From Azolla caroliniana (Eukaryota > Plantae > Polypodiophyta): DNA of 64,000 nt. Of this stretch, positions 51,134 to 63,245 are shown piece by piece. Below the pieces are notes generated by a model. It did not search any database. It was not told the origin of the DNA and saw nothing but the letters and a program-made list of their open reading frames with translations. The stretch covers positions 310,001-374,000 of the forward strand of contig JBHGNT010000022.1 in assembly GCA_043228905.1 (NCBI GenBank). Reading direction: 5' to 3'. The translations under genes were made by a program, and so were the position numbers. How positions within the stretch are numbered: the stretch's first letter is position 1; the number at the start of each line of letters is the position of its first letter.

Positions 51134-52273
51134 GTATATTCTAGAGATATTTCTCGAGTATATTCTAGAGATATTTAATCTCAGAACTTGTATAAATACT
51201 TGTAACCTCCTTGGTCCCTTTCAAGGGATTCAACCCCAGTGATTGACGCATCAATGTAGTATTCTAGTTTCATTCCATCTTGTCTCCTTCTTCATTTGTG
51301 TCTTCATGCTCTTCTGTTATTCCTAGCTTTTTAAGAGCCATGTTTGTAGCCTTGCCATGCATGCTCTATCCGAGTCCGCGGTTGGTGTGTCCGTGACAAT
51401 TTGGGCTTCTTTGAATCAGAGACATATTTGTATCTGAAGACCCATTTGCAAGGCACCAACTTCATTCCAGCTAGTAATTCGACGAACTGCCATGTTTGAT
51501 TCTGATGAATTGATTCCATCTCAGATTTCATGTCTTGTAGCCATGTTTCGGCATCTAGCCTGGCTAGAGCTTCCTCGTAGGATCTTGGTTTCCATGCGTC
51601 CGTGTAGTTCACATAGTTAAGGCCCAGTTGGTAAAAATCTGTCAGCCTTCGAACTCGTCTGGATCTCCTGGGTGCCGATTTTGTTGGTTCGATTTCTTCC
51701 ATTCGTTTAGTTGGCCGATGGTATTTACTGGAATCGTCCTAAAAGACTCCTTTTGGATGACTTGCCCCCGGAGTAGGATTTCGGCAATGTTTGGTCATCC
51801 TCCCCTTCTTTTTCGGGATCGATTGGCAGAGGGTTTTGTGCCTTGGCTGGTTCGGCTCGGCCTTTTGGTTGTTTGGGCGATTTGTTTATTTTGACTCTGT
51901 CGTGTCTGCTTCTTGTCAATATTGTAGTCGAATCAAATGCAATAGTGGACCTCTGGCCTATTCGTGTTCGTCAGGGGTGTCGTTGGCTTGGTCGATTTCA
52001 ACTATTTGTTGAATCTCCAATTTGGCCTGGTGGGTAGGTCCTTCTACGAAATCTTTGTTGATTTCCAAGGAAAACTTTTTGCCGACCATTTTCGGTTGGT
52101 TTTGTTCAAAGAGAATCAAGTCTTCATTGAAGACTATGTCACTACTCCGGATCAGTTTCCAGTTCTCTAGGTTCCATAGCCTGTAGCCAAATTCCCCATC
52201 GGTTCCATAATCGAGAAATATGCATTTTGTTGCATGGGGTGCCAACTTGATCCTTTTGTCCCAGGGTAGGAAG

Positions 52274-52523
52274 TGTTATGAACATATAGCAAAACTGAAA
52301 GACTCATAATAAAGATTTGAACGTTTGACCTCCTCAAAGATGATGTGTAGCTTCAACCACTAGGATGCATTATATCATATAATTTATACATTCTTAGATA
52401 AGGAAGAAACATATATAATATTATGAAACGTCGCCACTGCATAGACTAACACATCATCTTTGAGGAGGTCATGGGTTGGAAGCTCTGTTACGAGTCTTTG
52501 AGTTTTGGTATATGTTCATAACA
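52274..52523. mobile_element. 250-bp fold-back (MITE-like) element with TG..CA ends
   Basis: TGTTATGAACATATA..TATATGTTCATAACA; arms complementary nearly to the centre; perfect 5-bp TSD GGAAG; removal restores the host integrase frame. Confidence 0.9.
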
Positions 52524-53218
52524 GGAAGGCATAGGCTTCACATCCAAATATTCGAAGCTTGTTGTAGGTTAGCGTTTTGCATGACCATAGTGTCTGTGGC
52601 ACTTCGAGCCGTATTGCTCACGACGGCGATAAATTCATCAGATATACTACCATTTGCAATGCTTCGGCCTAGAATTCTAGCTATAGTCGGGAGTGCTGGA
52701 GCATTGTTGTCACCCTCTCCTAGATCATCCGGTTGATCCGTTATGTCACTCCCTTTTGCATGGGTGTGTATGTAACGGTCTTTTGATGCCGGATTACTTT
52801 TTCAGATAGGTACTATTTGAAGGCTCGGGAGGTGTATTCCTCTCCGTTGTCAAACCTAACTGTCTTCACTCAGTGTCTTGATCAATTCTCTACCTCGACT
52901 AGGCATCAGGAGAAGATCGTGAGCATTTCGTCTTTCAACCTAATCAAGTAGGCCCAGACCTTTGATGAAGTATCAGGAGTCTCCCAGTGACTTTTCGGGC
53001 ATTGGACCACATATATATGTGTGGATCAGTTCTAGGGGTTGATGTACCATCTCGTAACGACAATGCTCACAGAAGTCCATCTTTATCTGGAGCTTAGGGA
53101 TGTAGCCAATCGCTATCAACCGGTCCAATCCAGCTTATGACATATGGCTGAGTCGGCCATGCCATAGGTTCGAGTCTCGTGATTCGGCTATGTTCACGAC
53201 CCCTTCTAGACTGATCAC

Positions 53219-53968
53219 TGTGAAAGTGTTTTTTGAATTCAAGCCATTGAACAGTAGATGGATATAAAGTATGGATAATTCACATTTGGAGGATAAGAAC
53301 ACGAACTAAGAGCTTAGGGAAGAAGTCAAAAGTAAAAGTACAAGACCAAGAGAAAAGTAAAAAGAGAAAACGCAGACTATAAAAAACAGTAAAAATAGAA
53401 TGGTCATAACTCCCTCGTTGTTTATCCAAATATCACGTTTAAATATGTATTAGAAAGCTTGTAAAAAGAGCTTTCTATGGCTTTTTAAATCGCTTAATTT
53501 GGATATCGGATGAGGGAGATATGACGATTAGAAGGTCGATGTATCATAGCTAAAAATAGGGAGATAAAAAGCTTCTAAAAATAGCATGAACGTGGATAAG
53601 AAGAGGAAGGTTATAAAAGAAGAAGTGAGATTAGTGAGGAGGGGGGCGAAGAGTGGAAGGCAAAAGAGTGGATGAGGAGTGTTAGGAAGAAGTGTCTTTG
53701 TGGAAGAGGAAGTGTCTTAGAAGAGGAAGGTCTTTGGTTTTAGTTCAATGTGGAGTTTGTCTCCTTTGTATTCTCTTGATGTTGGAATATCAGAATATTC
53801 TTATTTCTTGCTCGCTTTCTCTATCTTTTTTCTTAGTTTCTTGAGTTATACTCTCTAATCATAATTACCTAGAGCTATATAATATATTATGATTTTCAAC
53901 TCCATCTAATCGGTTTGATCAAGCCCTCATATAGTGTATAACTATCTATTATCTTATACACTCTATCA
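53219..53968 (+). mobile_element. Solo LTR (750 bp)
   Basis: TG..CA ends; 5-bp TSD ATCAC; purine-rich then pyrimidine-rich organisation after a TATA. Confidence 0.8.
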
Positions 53969-55279
53969 ATCACCATCAGTGGGTACAAGTTATTCTACTT
54001 GCATTTGTTCCCGATCTTCATATTTCCTTAGGAATCCAATAGCCACTTTCGCGCATCTTGGGCGTTGCGCGGTTGATGACTCCACCAATGAGAGGATTTC
54101 TCCCGATCGGAATTTTGCAACATTAACTTGGTTGCCAGTGGGAGAACAATTCAAGTCGAATTGACTTGCATTTCGCTCGAATCGCCGACCATTCTCCATC
54201 TTCTTGATTGACCAGTAGTCAAAGGCATCATGACCAGAGTTTCTATAATGAGTGCAGAAAGCACTTGATCAATTATTCCTCGACTTCGACTGTTGTCGAT
54301 TGTCGATCCTCCTTATTGACCGACTGGTTCTTCAGTCAGTTCTTCCGGCTAGCTCGGTGGAGTAGTGGGCTTTTGCCGAGTCATCGATGGTAAGTCCCAT
54401 CGATTTTTGCCGAATGTCCTCTGTGAGGACTTGGCCAATCGTTTCGTCCAAGTTCAGCTTCGAGCAGTTATCTCTCTCATCTTCATATTGAACAATTTTC
54501 GAATCAATATGAGCTTTGATGAGGAGAACTGTTTTTCATTAACGTCCTAGACCTTCTCCCACAAGGTAAATGTTGTCGTTTTTTTGGCCATACTGAAGTA
54601 GACATTCTCTACTAAATGCATTTGAATTGTCGACCTAGCTCTTTTGTTCAGTGAGCACCATTTGATGTCGTATGGCCTCAATTTGATGTCGGATGATCAG
54701 TACATCCTACATCATTGCCTTCCATAGCCCGCAAAGTTCTTGTCGTCAAACTTTCGGATTTCTACTCCAGTATCGCATGTAGAGGCCATGTTCTATGGGA
54801 ACTAAGATTTTTTGACCTGGTACTTTCCTTTAGCTAGTTCTCCTCTTCTCAGGTTTGTGTTGATGTTGCGGCCAGACTGCGAATTGCTCTGATACCACTT
54901 GTGGAAATGGGTTGTGCGGAAGCATGAATAAGGACCTGTCAATTAGTCTAGCAAACAACTCCAGTAGTGATCTGAGATGTAGATGTGCGTTGTGTACAGG
55001 GTTCAAGAGGATGAAAGTAATCAGATGCCCACACACACACATAGTGACGCTGAACAAGAGATTATCGTTACATTAACCTTAGAACTACATCATATAATAC
55101 ACAGTCTCTCACTTATATAGTTAGGGTAACTTAGCCCTAACTAAGAGGATGTGTTCACACTAGGATACAAGTGGGTAGAGTGAGACTTTTAGCCCAGCAG
55201 AAGGGGCCTCCATCGGGTATTTATGTGAATCGCATACATTAAACCAAATATAATGCGTTAATCATACCCAACCTTCGTG

Positions 55280-55890
55280 GAAGAGAGGAGAAGACAATAA
55301 GTTTTCGCATCCTTGGAATGTTTGCATCCCTCAAAGCATTCACGGCCTTCGAATTTTCGCGTCGTCTAAGAGATTGCGTCATCGTAAAGTCTCTACTCTA
55401 CACATCCAATTGGAAGTTGTTTGACACTTGAATGCAAATGTTTGATCCAGTAGATTTACCCCCTTGCAAAAGCTTTGGTAAACTGGTCAATGCTTAGCTG
55501 AACCCTAGCATTGCGAATTGTCATTTTGTTGACAAGTTGTTGGTCCTAACTTAAGAATAGAGTTCCATTCTTCTTGGGCACAATGAACAACAAACTAGAT
55601 TAAGGTGCACTTCATGGCTCATTTATCCCCATGTCGACATTCTCTATTAATAACTTTCTCAACTTTGGGATGTTCTCCTAGCATGGGAAATAGTTTGAAG
55701 CTCAATGGTATGTGTGGCACCACAGAGATCACTATCAACTCCAAAATTTTAGGGTCGACACATCTATTTCCGCCAACATGAAGGCCGATTTACTTTCATG
55801 TGTTTCTAACATCCTTCTTATCCTTGACTCCTCTTTCGGCAACGCCTCCATTGATCCGGAGCTTTCCTCTCATTTTGTCAATGAAGCCTC
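55280..55890 (-). pseudogene. Decayed Phygy-like RT fragment
   Basis: Minus strand FIVPKKNGTL..VNKMTIRNA..FARG.IY, homologous to 5750-5900. Confidence 0.7.
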
Positions 55891-56562
55891 CCATAATAGA
55901 GGGGTGTGATATGAAATGATAAACTTCCTAATAATGGGAACATATTCAACCTAAGCATGCCATGTGCCCACCTTTTTCTGTTAGTGATAAAATAAATCTA
56001 TACACCATCAAAAGTATTTTAATACATTAATTACCTAAAAAGAAACCAGTAAAAAATTATTTAGAGACATTAAGGAATGAAAAACACTTATTCTTTATTA
56101 CCACTCCATGGTTTTGATTTCTATGGTGGTTGTTATCATTAATCATTTATAAAATCTTTGATGAAGCTTTTTTAAGCAATTTAATCTAAGCAAGCCATGT
56201 ATTCTAGCTTTACCATTTTCAAGCAAAATTGCCCACAATGATATATGATTAGTTGCACATGGGAAACCTTACTATGTACATCCCATAATTTGTGATATAT
56301 GAAAATTAGTTCCAAACATTTTAGCAGTATTAAAGTTTTCCTTCCTCTAAAATAAAAGAAAATGAAGCCTATACACCATCAAATTCATTCCGCCAAATGA
56401 ATTGCTTGACAAAAAAAGTTTGAAAATGATTAGGAAACATTAAAGAAGGCAAAATGATTCTTCATCAATATCACTTCAATGTTTTTTAATTTTCATGGAT
56501 GTTGTTGTCACTAATAATTTACAAAACCTTTTGTTGACTTTTAAGAATACTTGAAGGAGGCA

Positions 56563-56571
56563 CTATAAAAA
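56563..56571 (+). promoter_or_regulatory. Putative TATA box of the host gene
   Basis: ctataaaaa ~100 bp upstream of ATG 56668. Confidence 0.5.
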
Positions 56572-56667
56572 GGCTAAGGATCAAGCTTGAATAGCAACGA
56601 GAAACATACCTATTTACGACGTCAATATAGTATAACTAGCATCGACTATATAAAATCATATTTTATC

Positions 56668-57396
56668 ATGGGGGGAAAGTTGCAAAGATGCCTTCTTTTG
56701 TCAGTTTTTCTTTTTTTTACAACCATTGCCATTCATGGGCCGTCAACAACCTATGCTATTAACCTTCCTCAACTCTTGTCTATCGATCTCTCCATTTGTA
56801 TAAATGTTCTTTCTAACTTGTTAACTAGCATTGCATGTGCGACTCTAGAAGGTACCATCAACCCAACCTCCCAATGTTGTCGTTTGCTTGTAAGAGCCTC
56901 TGCATGTGGCACCAATGCCCTTTTGGGATCTATTCCACCCTCTTCTTTCACAACTGCCCAATTAGAAATCCTTTCCCAATGTGGTGTCCAGTCAATACCC
57001 ATACCAGTTGCATCTCCTACTCTAGACCCAACTCTAACTCCAACCCCAACAGCAATTCCAACTCCAACTCAAACTCAAATTCCAACTCCAACTCCAACTC
57101 CAACTCTGACTTTGACTCCAACTCTAACTCCAACTCCAACTCTGACTTTGACTCCAACTCTAACTCCAACTCCAACTCTGACTTTGACTCCAACTCCAAC
57201 TCCAACTCTGACTTTGACTCCAACTCTAACTCCAACTCCAACTCTGACTTTGACTCCAACTCCAACTCTGACTTTGACTCCAACTCCAACACTAACTCCA
57301 ACTCTGACTCCAACTCCAACTCCAACGCTGACTCCAACTCCAACTCCAACTCCAACTCCACTTCCCTCCCCAATGCCGGCACCAACTATTGCATAA
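56668..57396 (+). CDS. Secreted Cys-rich (prolamin/nsLTP-like, 6 Cys) protein with Thr/Pro-rich tail, 242 aa
   Basis: Intact intronless ORF from MGGKLQ; hydrophobic signal peptide to ~TTYA; C..C..CC..C..C domain; (TP)n/TLTL tail; upstream TATA and downstream AATAAA (~57478). Confidence 0.78.
   Translation: MGGKLQRCLLLSVFLFFTTIAIHGPSTTYAINLPQLLSIDLSICINVLSNLLTSIACATLEGTINPTSQCCRLLVRASACGTNALLGSIPPSSFTTAQLEILSQCGVQSIPIPVASPTLDPTLTPTPTAIPTPTQTQIPTPTPTPTLTLTPTLTPTPTLTLTPTLTPTPTLTLTPTPTPTLTLTPTLTPTPTLTLTPTPTLTLTPTPTLTPTLTPTPTPTLTPTPTPTPTPLPSPMPAPTIA
57030..57360 (+). repeat. Coding hexamer repeat (actcca/actcta/actctg/actttg)
   Basis: Encodes TP/TL dipeptides with higher-order 24-36 bp units. 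Confidence 0.95.
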
Positions 57397-58499
57397 ATTA
57401 GAGCAAATTTCCAATTCTATCATTGATCATGTTCCATAACAAAATATGTGTTTCATATTGTAACAATCAAATGCACAAATAAAACTCTGTTTATGTGTCA
57501 ACTAAGATATGAATGAGAATATAATAACAACTTCCTTCCATTTTGACAAAGACGCACCAAAATATGCGCTATAGTATAAGTCATTGTGTAAGGTTTCTTG
57601 CTAAATTCCATGCCAGTTTTCTACTATTTTTGTTTAATATACAATAAAGCCTTGGTGGGCATTTGTATTTTTTCCTATTTTGTGCATTACATACGGATAG
57701 GGTCAATGTTTTGGCACACATAAACATCCACAACTAAGATGTTTCTCACATCTTCATATTATATAATTCACATTTTCATAAAGGATGTGAGCTCGATAAA
57801 CTATGCTTTGAAATAGAAGATATTGCTTCTAGTGTTTTGAGTTTGCCTAACATACATCGAGTAAATCCTTCGATTAATGGATCATTTCTACCCATGATCA
57901 TGTACATACTCCATTTGATCAAAACAAATTCCATAAATTAATTAGGCATGTTCATAGAAATATAGGTGAATGTTAACATCCTAATTTTCCTTACATAAGA
58001 AACGAACTCCAAACAAATGTAGGTTTGAGTAGCAAGAAGGACACACTACATTCGAATAAGAGCTCGTTACCATTGAGCAAGCTCGGGAAATGGAAATAGC
58101 TAGCTTCAAACGGTAAGTATAGCTAAATTTACAAAAGGTATTTGAGATTGGTTTGTTTAAATTTAAAAATACGATTTGTGATTGTTTTGGATTCTTAAAA
58201 GCTATTCTAGTGTAATTCTTTTCTTCGAATAAGGATTAGGGTGCATTGATTTGTGAAGTTCAATGTGTTTCTAGAAATTATGAATATCATTGTCCAACAT
58301 AAATGTTGGAAATTACATGTCTTAAAGATTTTCGAAGTAGTTGGATTGAAGTTCCGACATGGTTAAGAATTTTGGGGTATACACCAACAAATAACATGCA
58401 AAAAAATCTTTCTGAATGTTGCAAATATTTGGGGAGTAACAATGATATTATTTGATGATTATCCTATTCAAATCGTTGTCTGGGTAGTTGTGGTTCATG

Positions 58500-60361
58500 T
58501 GGCGAAGTTACAATGAGTAAGGTTAAGGCGAGTTGAAGAAACTTTTATAAGGCTTGCACACCAATGTTAGGAAGATTAAGGATAAGAAGAATAAATTATT
58601 TGTGGGAGAGAGATGGGCATAGATAAGAATAAAGACAATGTATGATTGAAGAAGCGAAAATGTATGATAAGGACAAGCTTTATATTAAGAATACAATATT
58701 TTACCAACTGTACAATGCTTGATTAGAAGATGCGACTTTTCTTTGCCAAACTCCGGCTTTCAACCCTTGACTTCAATTTTGAAACACAAGACTATTCACA
58801 GATAAGCGAACTTGTTTAATTGATTATTATTTGATTTTCTATCTTTCTCTTCCTTGATTACTTTCCTTTTCCTTCATTTATTGATAGGTACACTCATGCA
58901 TATGATAATGTCTGGGTGCATGCCATGCATGCAATGCATGTGATGCATGATGTATCACACCCAAATAAACGTTATTCGTCGGCACATGTCCAATCGATTT
59001 TTGATAAGATATTGTTCAAATAGATCCTCTTCCTTCCTCTGTGAGATTAAAAGCAATGCTTCTGATAGTTTCACAATCTTTCCCACCCACAACAATGTAT
59101 AATTATAGAAAATAACTTGCCTAATGGTATATACTTAAGACTTGGTATACAAGGTTATGGGTTTAAGTCTCTTGAATGTCACTTGATCTAATATCTGAGT
59201 TTATTTTTATATCATGAAGCAATTTCTTCATGACACCCACCCCCTTTGAACTTGCACATTGGTTGTGCAAAGTTCATCCAACACTTCTTCCGATTCTTTT
59301 ATTTCATCTTCTTCATAAAATTCAGGCTTTAGTGACTCCCTCCTTTTTCCTACAATTGGGATACAAATTTGTGTCCCATCTAATTCATTGAGGAAATATG
59401 TGGCCATATCTATTATTTTCCTAACTTCATAAGGTCCAAACCATCTTTTTGCGAACTTCTGAATAGTATTGTATTGATTATCTAGGCTACTATCATATAC
59501 TAATAAACAGTCTCCCTCTTGCACCTTTCTTGGTTGTATTCTTTTTATCTTGTCAAATCAGTGCTTATTCTTGGTTCTAGCCTCTTACAATCTACTAGCA
59601 GCTTTTTCTATGTCTTCGGTCTTGGATTCAAGTTTTCGTATACGAATAACAAGTAAAATCTTCACTATTCATTTCTGATTCCAAAGGCAACACAACCCAT
59701 GTAGTTATCTTTTCTTCAATTGGCATTATCGGCATCTATCTTGTGATTAATTCAGGCATATGCCCAGTAATAGTGGTGTGAGTTGTCCTATCAGTCCACA
59801 ATGCATAGGGTAAGATTTTTGGCCAATCACTGACCCATCCTTTACATGCCTTTGCTAAAGCTTTAACTATTGACCCATGTCCTGTTGTCAAGGTGGGGGG
59901 TGAAACCTAGAATGGCTTCACCCCCCCTCCCAAGGAGGTTACGATAGAGAGAGGGAAAAGGAGAGTGAAAATCAGAAATGACACAAAAATGTGAAAGGGG
60001 AAAAAGTTCCCCATTACATGCCCATAAGGGGTTTATATAATACATACAATGTAACGGTTACATGACCGTTATAAATAAGACCGTTACACATTCTTGTACA
60101 CATGCACATAATTGCATGTGTCCATACACATACTCATCCTCACACACTCATTTACTTTACACATACACATCAACCACATCATTACACATACCCTTATGCA
60201 TCCCCGTATATTCTTACGGGTAACATGTCCCCTTTCTACCTTTCCATTAGCTTTTGGATTATACGTCGTTGTCAAAGAAAGCCGAATCCCTACAAGTTTA
60301 TCGAAAACATCTTGAGCTTCCGTAGAATTGACCCCTCCCCTATCCGCCACTACCTTCTCAA
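58500..60361 (-). mobile_element. 3' fragment of a Phygy-like Gypsy (integrase end, PPT, 3' LTR starting at 59235; left LTR boundary uncertain)
   Basis: EKVVADRGG, YNPKANGKVERGH, KFAKRWFGPY; PPT agggggtggg; TGTCATGAAG LTR start. Confidence 0.8.
59883..60225. mobile_element. Short solo LTR (343 bp)
   Basis: TGTT..AACA ends; 5-bp TSD TGTCC; splits the integrase ERGH/GSIV motif. Confidence 0.8.
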
Positions 60362-60800
60362 TGTTGTGGAGGATTCCAACCGCTAGGGGGAAAGCCACCG
60401 AATGTGTGTGAACAAAGGGTAAGGGTGTGCAAGTGTCAACATGAATTTGGTCATATGTACAAACAATGTAAATACATAGGATTTATATGTACTAGGTAGA
60501 GTGTTTAATAGGTACTTTTACGATCCCATTAAAGAGCGGAATAAAGCATGTGATGGGAGGAAATCTAGGGGAGGATCACTGACAGGAAATGGTTGTCATG
60601 AATGTTGATGTAACTAACCCTCCTTGGATTATAAAAGGAGGGGAGGGAGACTGTTAGAGCGAATTCATCATTTTGGAAGGGAAGACATCGTCAATTTGTG
60701 GTCTAAGTTTTTTAGTTTTCTGTTTTGTGCTAGTTCGGATAGTTAGGTGTGAGGCCTTTGCTCACGTAGGAAGCCCGACTGCTCCCAACCAGAGCCTCAC

Positions 60801-60840
<40 letters not shown>

Positions 60841-63245
60841 ACCCGTAGATCTTGAAGCTCTGTCACCGGCCGAGGCCGGTTGTAATCATTCTCCGTTCAT
60901 AATCTCTATTTTTGTTTCCCTTTATGTTGGGTGATTATTTGTATGTGGTTGCGGTGTTCGGGAGGGTGTCTCCTCTCTCTCTCTCTCTCTCTCTGTTTTT
61001 GCGTTGGCTTTGTGATTCGGAGCCCATGTGCTCAACTTCCGGATTCCGGTGCCAGAGCCTGGTCGGATATAGTTCAGTGAACCCGTGCGCTTAGCATCTG
61101 GCCTCCAGTAAGTAGTCTGTTAGGTCGCTTCAACTTACTAGCCTCTCTTCCTCCCACTCCCTAGTCCAAGACCTCTGTGGTCCAGCCCGATCCGACATGC
61201 ACATGCACAAATCCATGACATCTTTGGTTAAACTGACATGAAAGGGCGGCAAAGTAGTTTCAGGATGAGGGGAGGTAAGCTAGCAGACGTAATGGTGGTG
61301 ACCGTGGACCGCCTTATGAACACTCGAGAGAGCTTAGGAGGGCTTGATAGAGCCATCCAAAAAATGGTCGGCACAATGGGCCGATTTAATGGGAAGGACG
61401 TCTCGAACTATCTGAGGCCTACAAGGCCGAGATGTTAATGCGGGATATTCAAGACAACAGACGGTTGCCCATATTTCCCATGGTCATCACACCGAGCATC
61501 CACGCCAAAGTGCTCGAGATACAGGCCGAATGTTGTAGTTGGCCGGAGTTCGAGGAGTGGCTTCAATGACTTGTTGCGGTTGTCAAAGAGGGAGCTTATG
61601 GAGTGGGTCGAGATCCACGAAAGAGGGAACATATTGGCTCTTCTCCAAGAGTTTGAATATCAATTCACGCGACTGTCGGCACTGGACCGGATAGTGCTCG
61701 ACTCGAGCAAGGTCGATTTTATCAATTCAGTTGATCCGCTTGATCAAGAGAAGGTTGGTCTGCTCTTGGAGACGGACAAAGGGCTCACGACTAATTGGGC
61801 CATGGTTAAAAGGGTTTGCGTTCATTTTGACAAACAACGTGAGTGGAACAATGAGGGGTCGTCATCGACTGGCCCGACTACCAGAGGGATAATGTTGGAA
61901 GTGCTAACTCCGTTAGAAGAAACGAGAAGACGACTCGAGTCGGGCCCGGGGGCGCGGCGCTAGAAGAGCTAATTAAGATGGTGCACGATCTCTTGATCGT
62001 TCAGGTTTGGAGGGATGGTGGGGGTCAATCGTGTGACTAACGCCCTCCCAATGACCTTAGGTGCATGTGTTGCGACTGTGTCGGCCACATTCGGAGATTG
62101 ATAGGTCAACAGACCTATGGAAGGTCTTAGAGGAGCGAATCCTCGATAACTAGGTGGAACTCTCGTTGAGGGAAGTATTGGGCATCACGAAGAAAGAGTT
62201 CCATGACATAATTATCGACCTGGTGAAAAGGATGCAGCTCTCGACTGGGCCAAAAACGGAGAAACCGATCGAGGTAAATGCGGCGCTAATCGATGAAATG
62301 GCAATGGAAGAGGAGTTGTCGGATAGCCAATACATGCAGACACATTGGGTAAGGGCGACGACAGAGACATCGGTCCGGATCGGAGACGTGACGGAGCCAG
62401 TCATTGAGCTAATCGACCACGGGTCTGAGATTAATCTAATGTCGATGGCCTTTTATAAGAAGGGAAAGTGGTCCATCAACACAAAGCATAAGTGGAATAT
62501 ACAAGAGGCAACCCATGCCAAATGTCTGAGTGAAGGTCAGCGACATCGATATCGACCGCCTATTCTTTATGTAGGAGTTATCCTACTACCCGGTCATATT
62601 AGGTGAACCCTACATCACGGTGGCCCGTATGGAGACAAAGGTGTTGGACATTGGTTCAACATATGCTAGGGTAAAGAGCCAGGACGGTTCGCATTCCGTT
62701 TAGTTCCTGACGGTTCGGTCGTATCACAGGCGGAACTGGGACTCTCTCCGCAGCAAAGGTCAAGAGGATTTTTGAAGAGGGTTATCAAGGTGTGGGGCCG
62801 TGATAGTCCGGACAACCGGCCAATACCCCACACTTCTACATTAGGTAGGAAATTTTGGCTCTCTGACACCGAAGGTTGTACAGTAACTAGCATCGTCGTT
62901 CAAGAGAAATGACAAGTCAAGAGGCGCTTGAAGGCATGCGGAGCCTTGGGACCCGACAACAGTATCAGCGGTGCCATGGAGGCTATCGCATTCGACAACA
63001 CCCTTGGGGAGATCAACAGGTTAATCAAGGAAGGTTGGAGTGAAGTTTAGATGATACCAGTCAACACAATCGACATGTACATGCAGATAGCGGAGTTCGA
63101 ATAGATGGTCAGCGCAGGTCGGACCATCCACGCACTTACCAAGTACAAGACTGTGGACCGGAAGGTGAGGCCACTTTTGGCACCCTTACCGGAGGATAAC
63201 TAGGAACGGATCAAAGGGGTCGTGATCGACCTGAGTTTGAGATGT
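60362..63245 (+). mobile_element. 5' part of a decayed Phygy-like Gypsy (LTR 60362-61220, degenerate Trp PBS, gag-protease)
   Basis: PBS tggttaaactgacatgaa 61225-61242; GRFNGKDV, ELSLREVLGITKKEFHD, LIDHGSEINL; contains (GT)n and (CT)n. Confidence 0.85.

Larger units (their letters stand above)
40081..51398 (+). mobile_element. Chromovirus-type 3' LTR (~476 bp net) split by two Copia insertions
   Basis: Preceded by PPT aaaggggaggataa; TGTCACG..CGTGACA ends; pieces 40081-40176, 45694-45813, 51139-51398; ttctaga repeats as in the 22810 LTR. Confidence 0.85.
51399..55273 (-). mobile_element. Old truncated Copia F with two insertions
   Basis: 5' LTR ~54900-55273; PBS gctctgatacca 54886-54897; gag remnants 53974-54800; IN RIFGCEAYAFLP, KCIFLDYG; RT start KWVFRYK, cut at 51399. 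Confidence 0.8.

Noticed and set aside
56835-57401. Poly-NS and poly-EL ORFs
   Set aside because: Alternative frames of the hexamer repeat; only the TP frame has a signal peptide and Cys domain.
60803-60995. (GT)n and (CT)n microsatellites
   Set aside because: Ordinary simple repeats inside an LTR.
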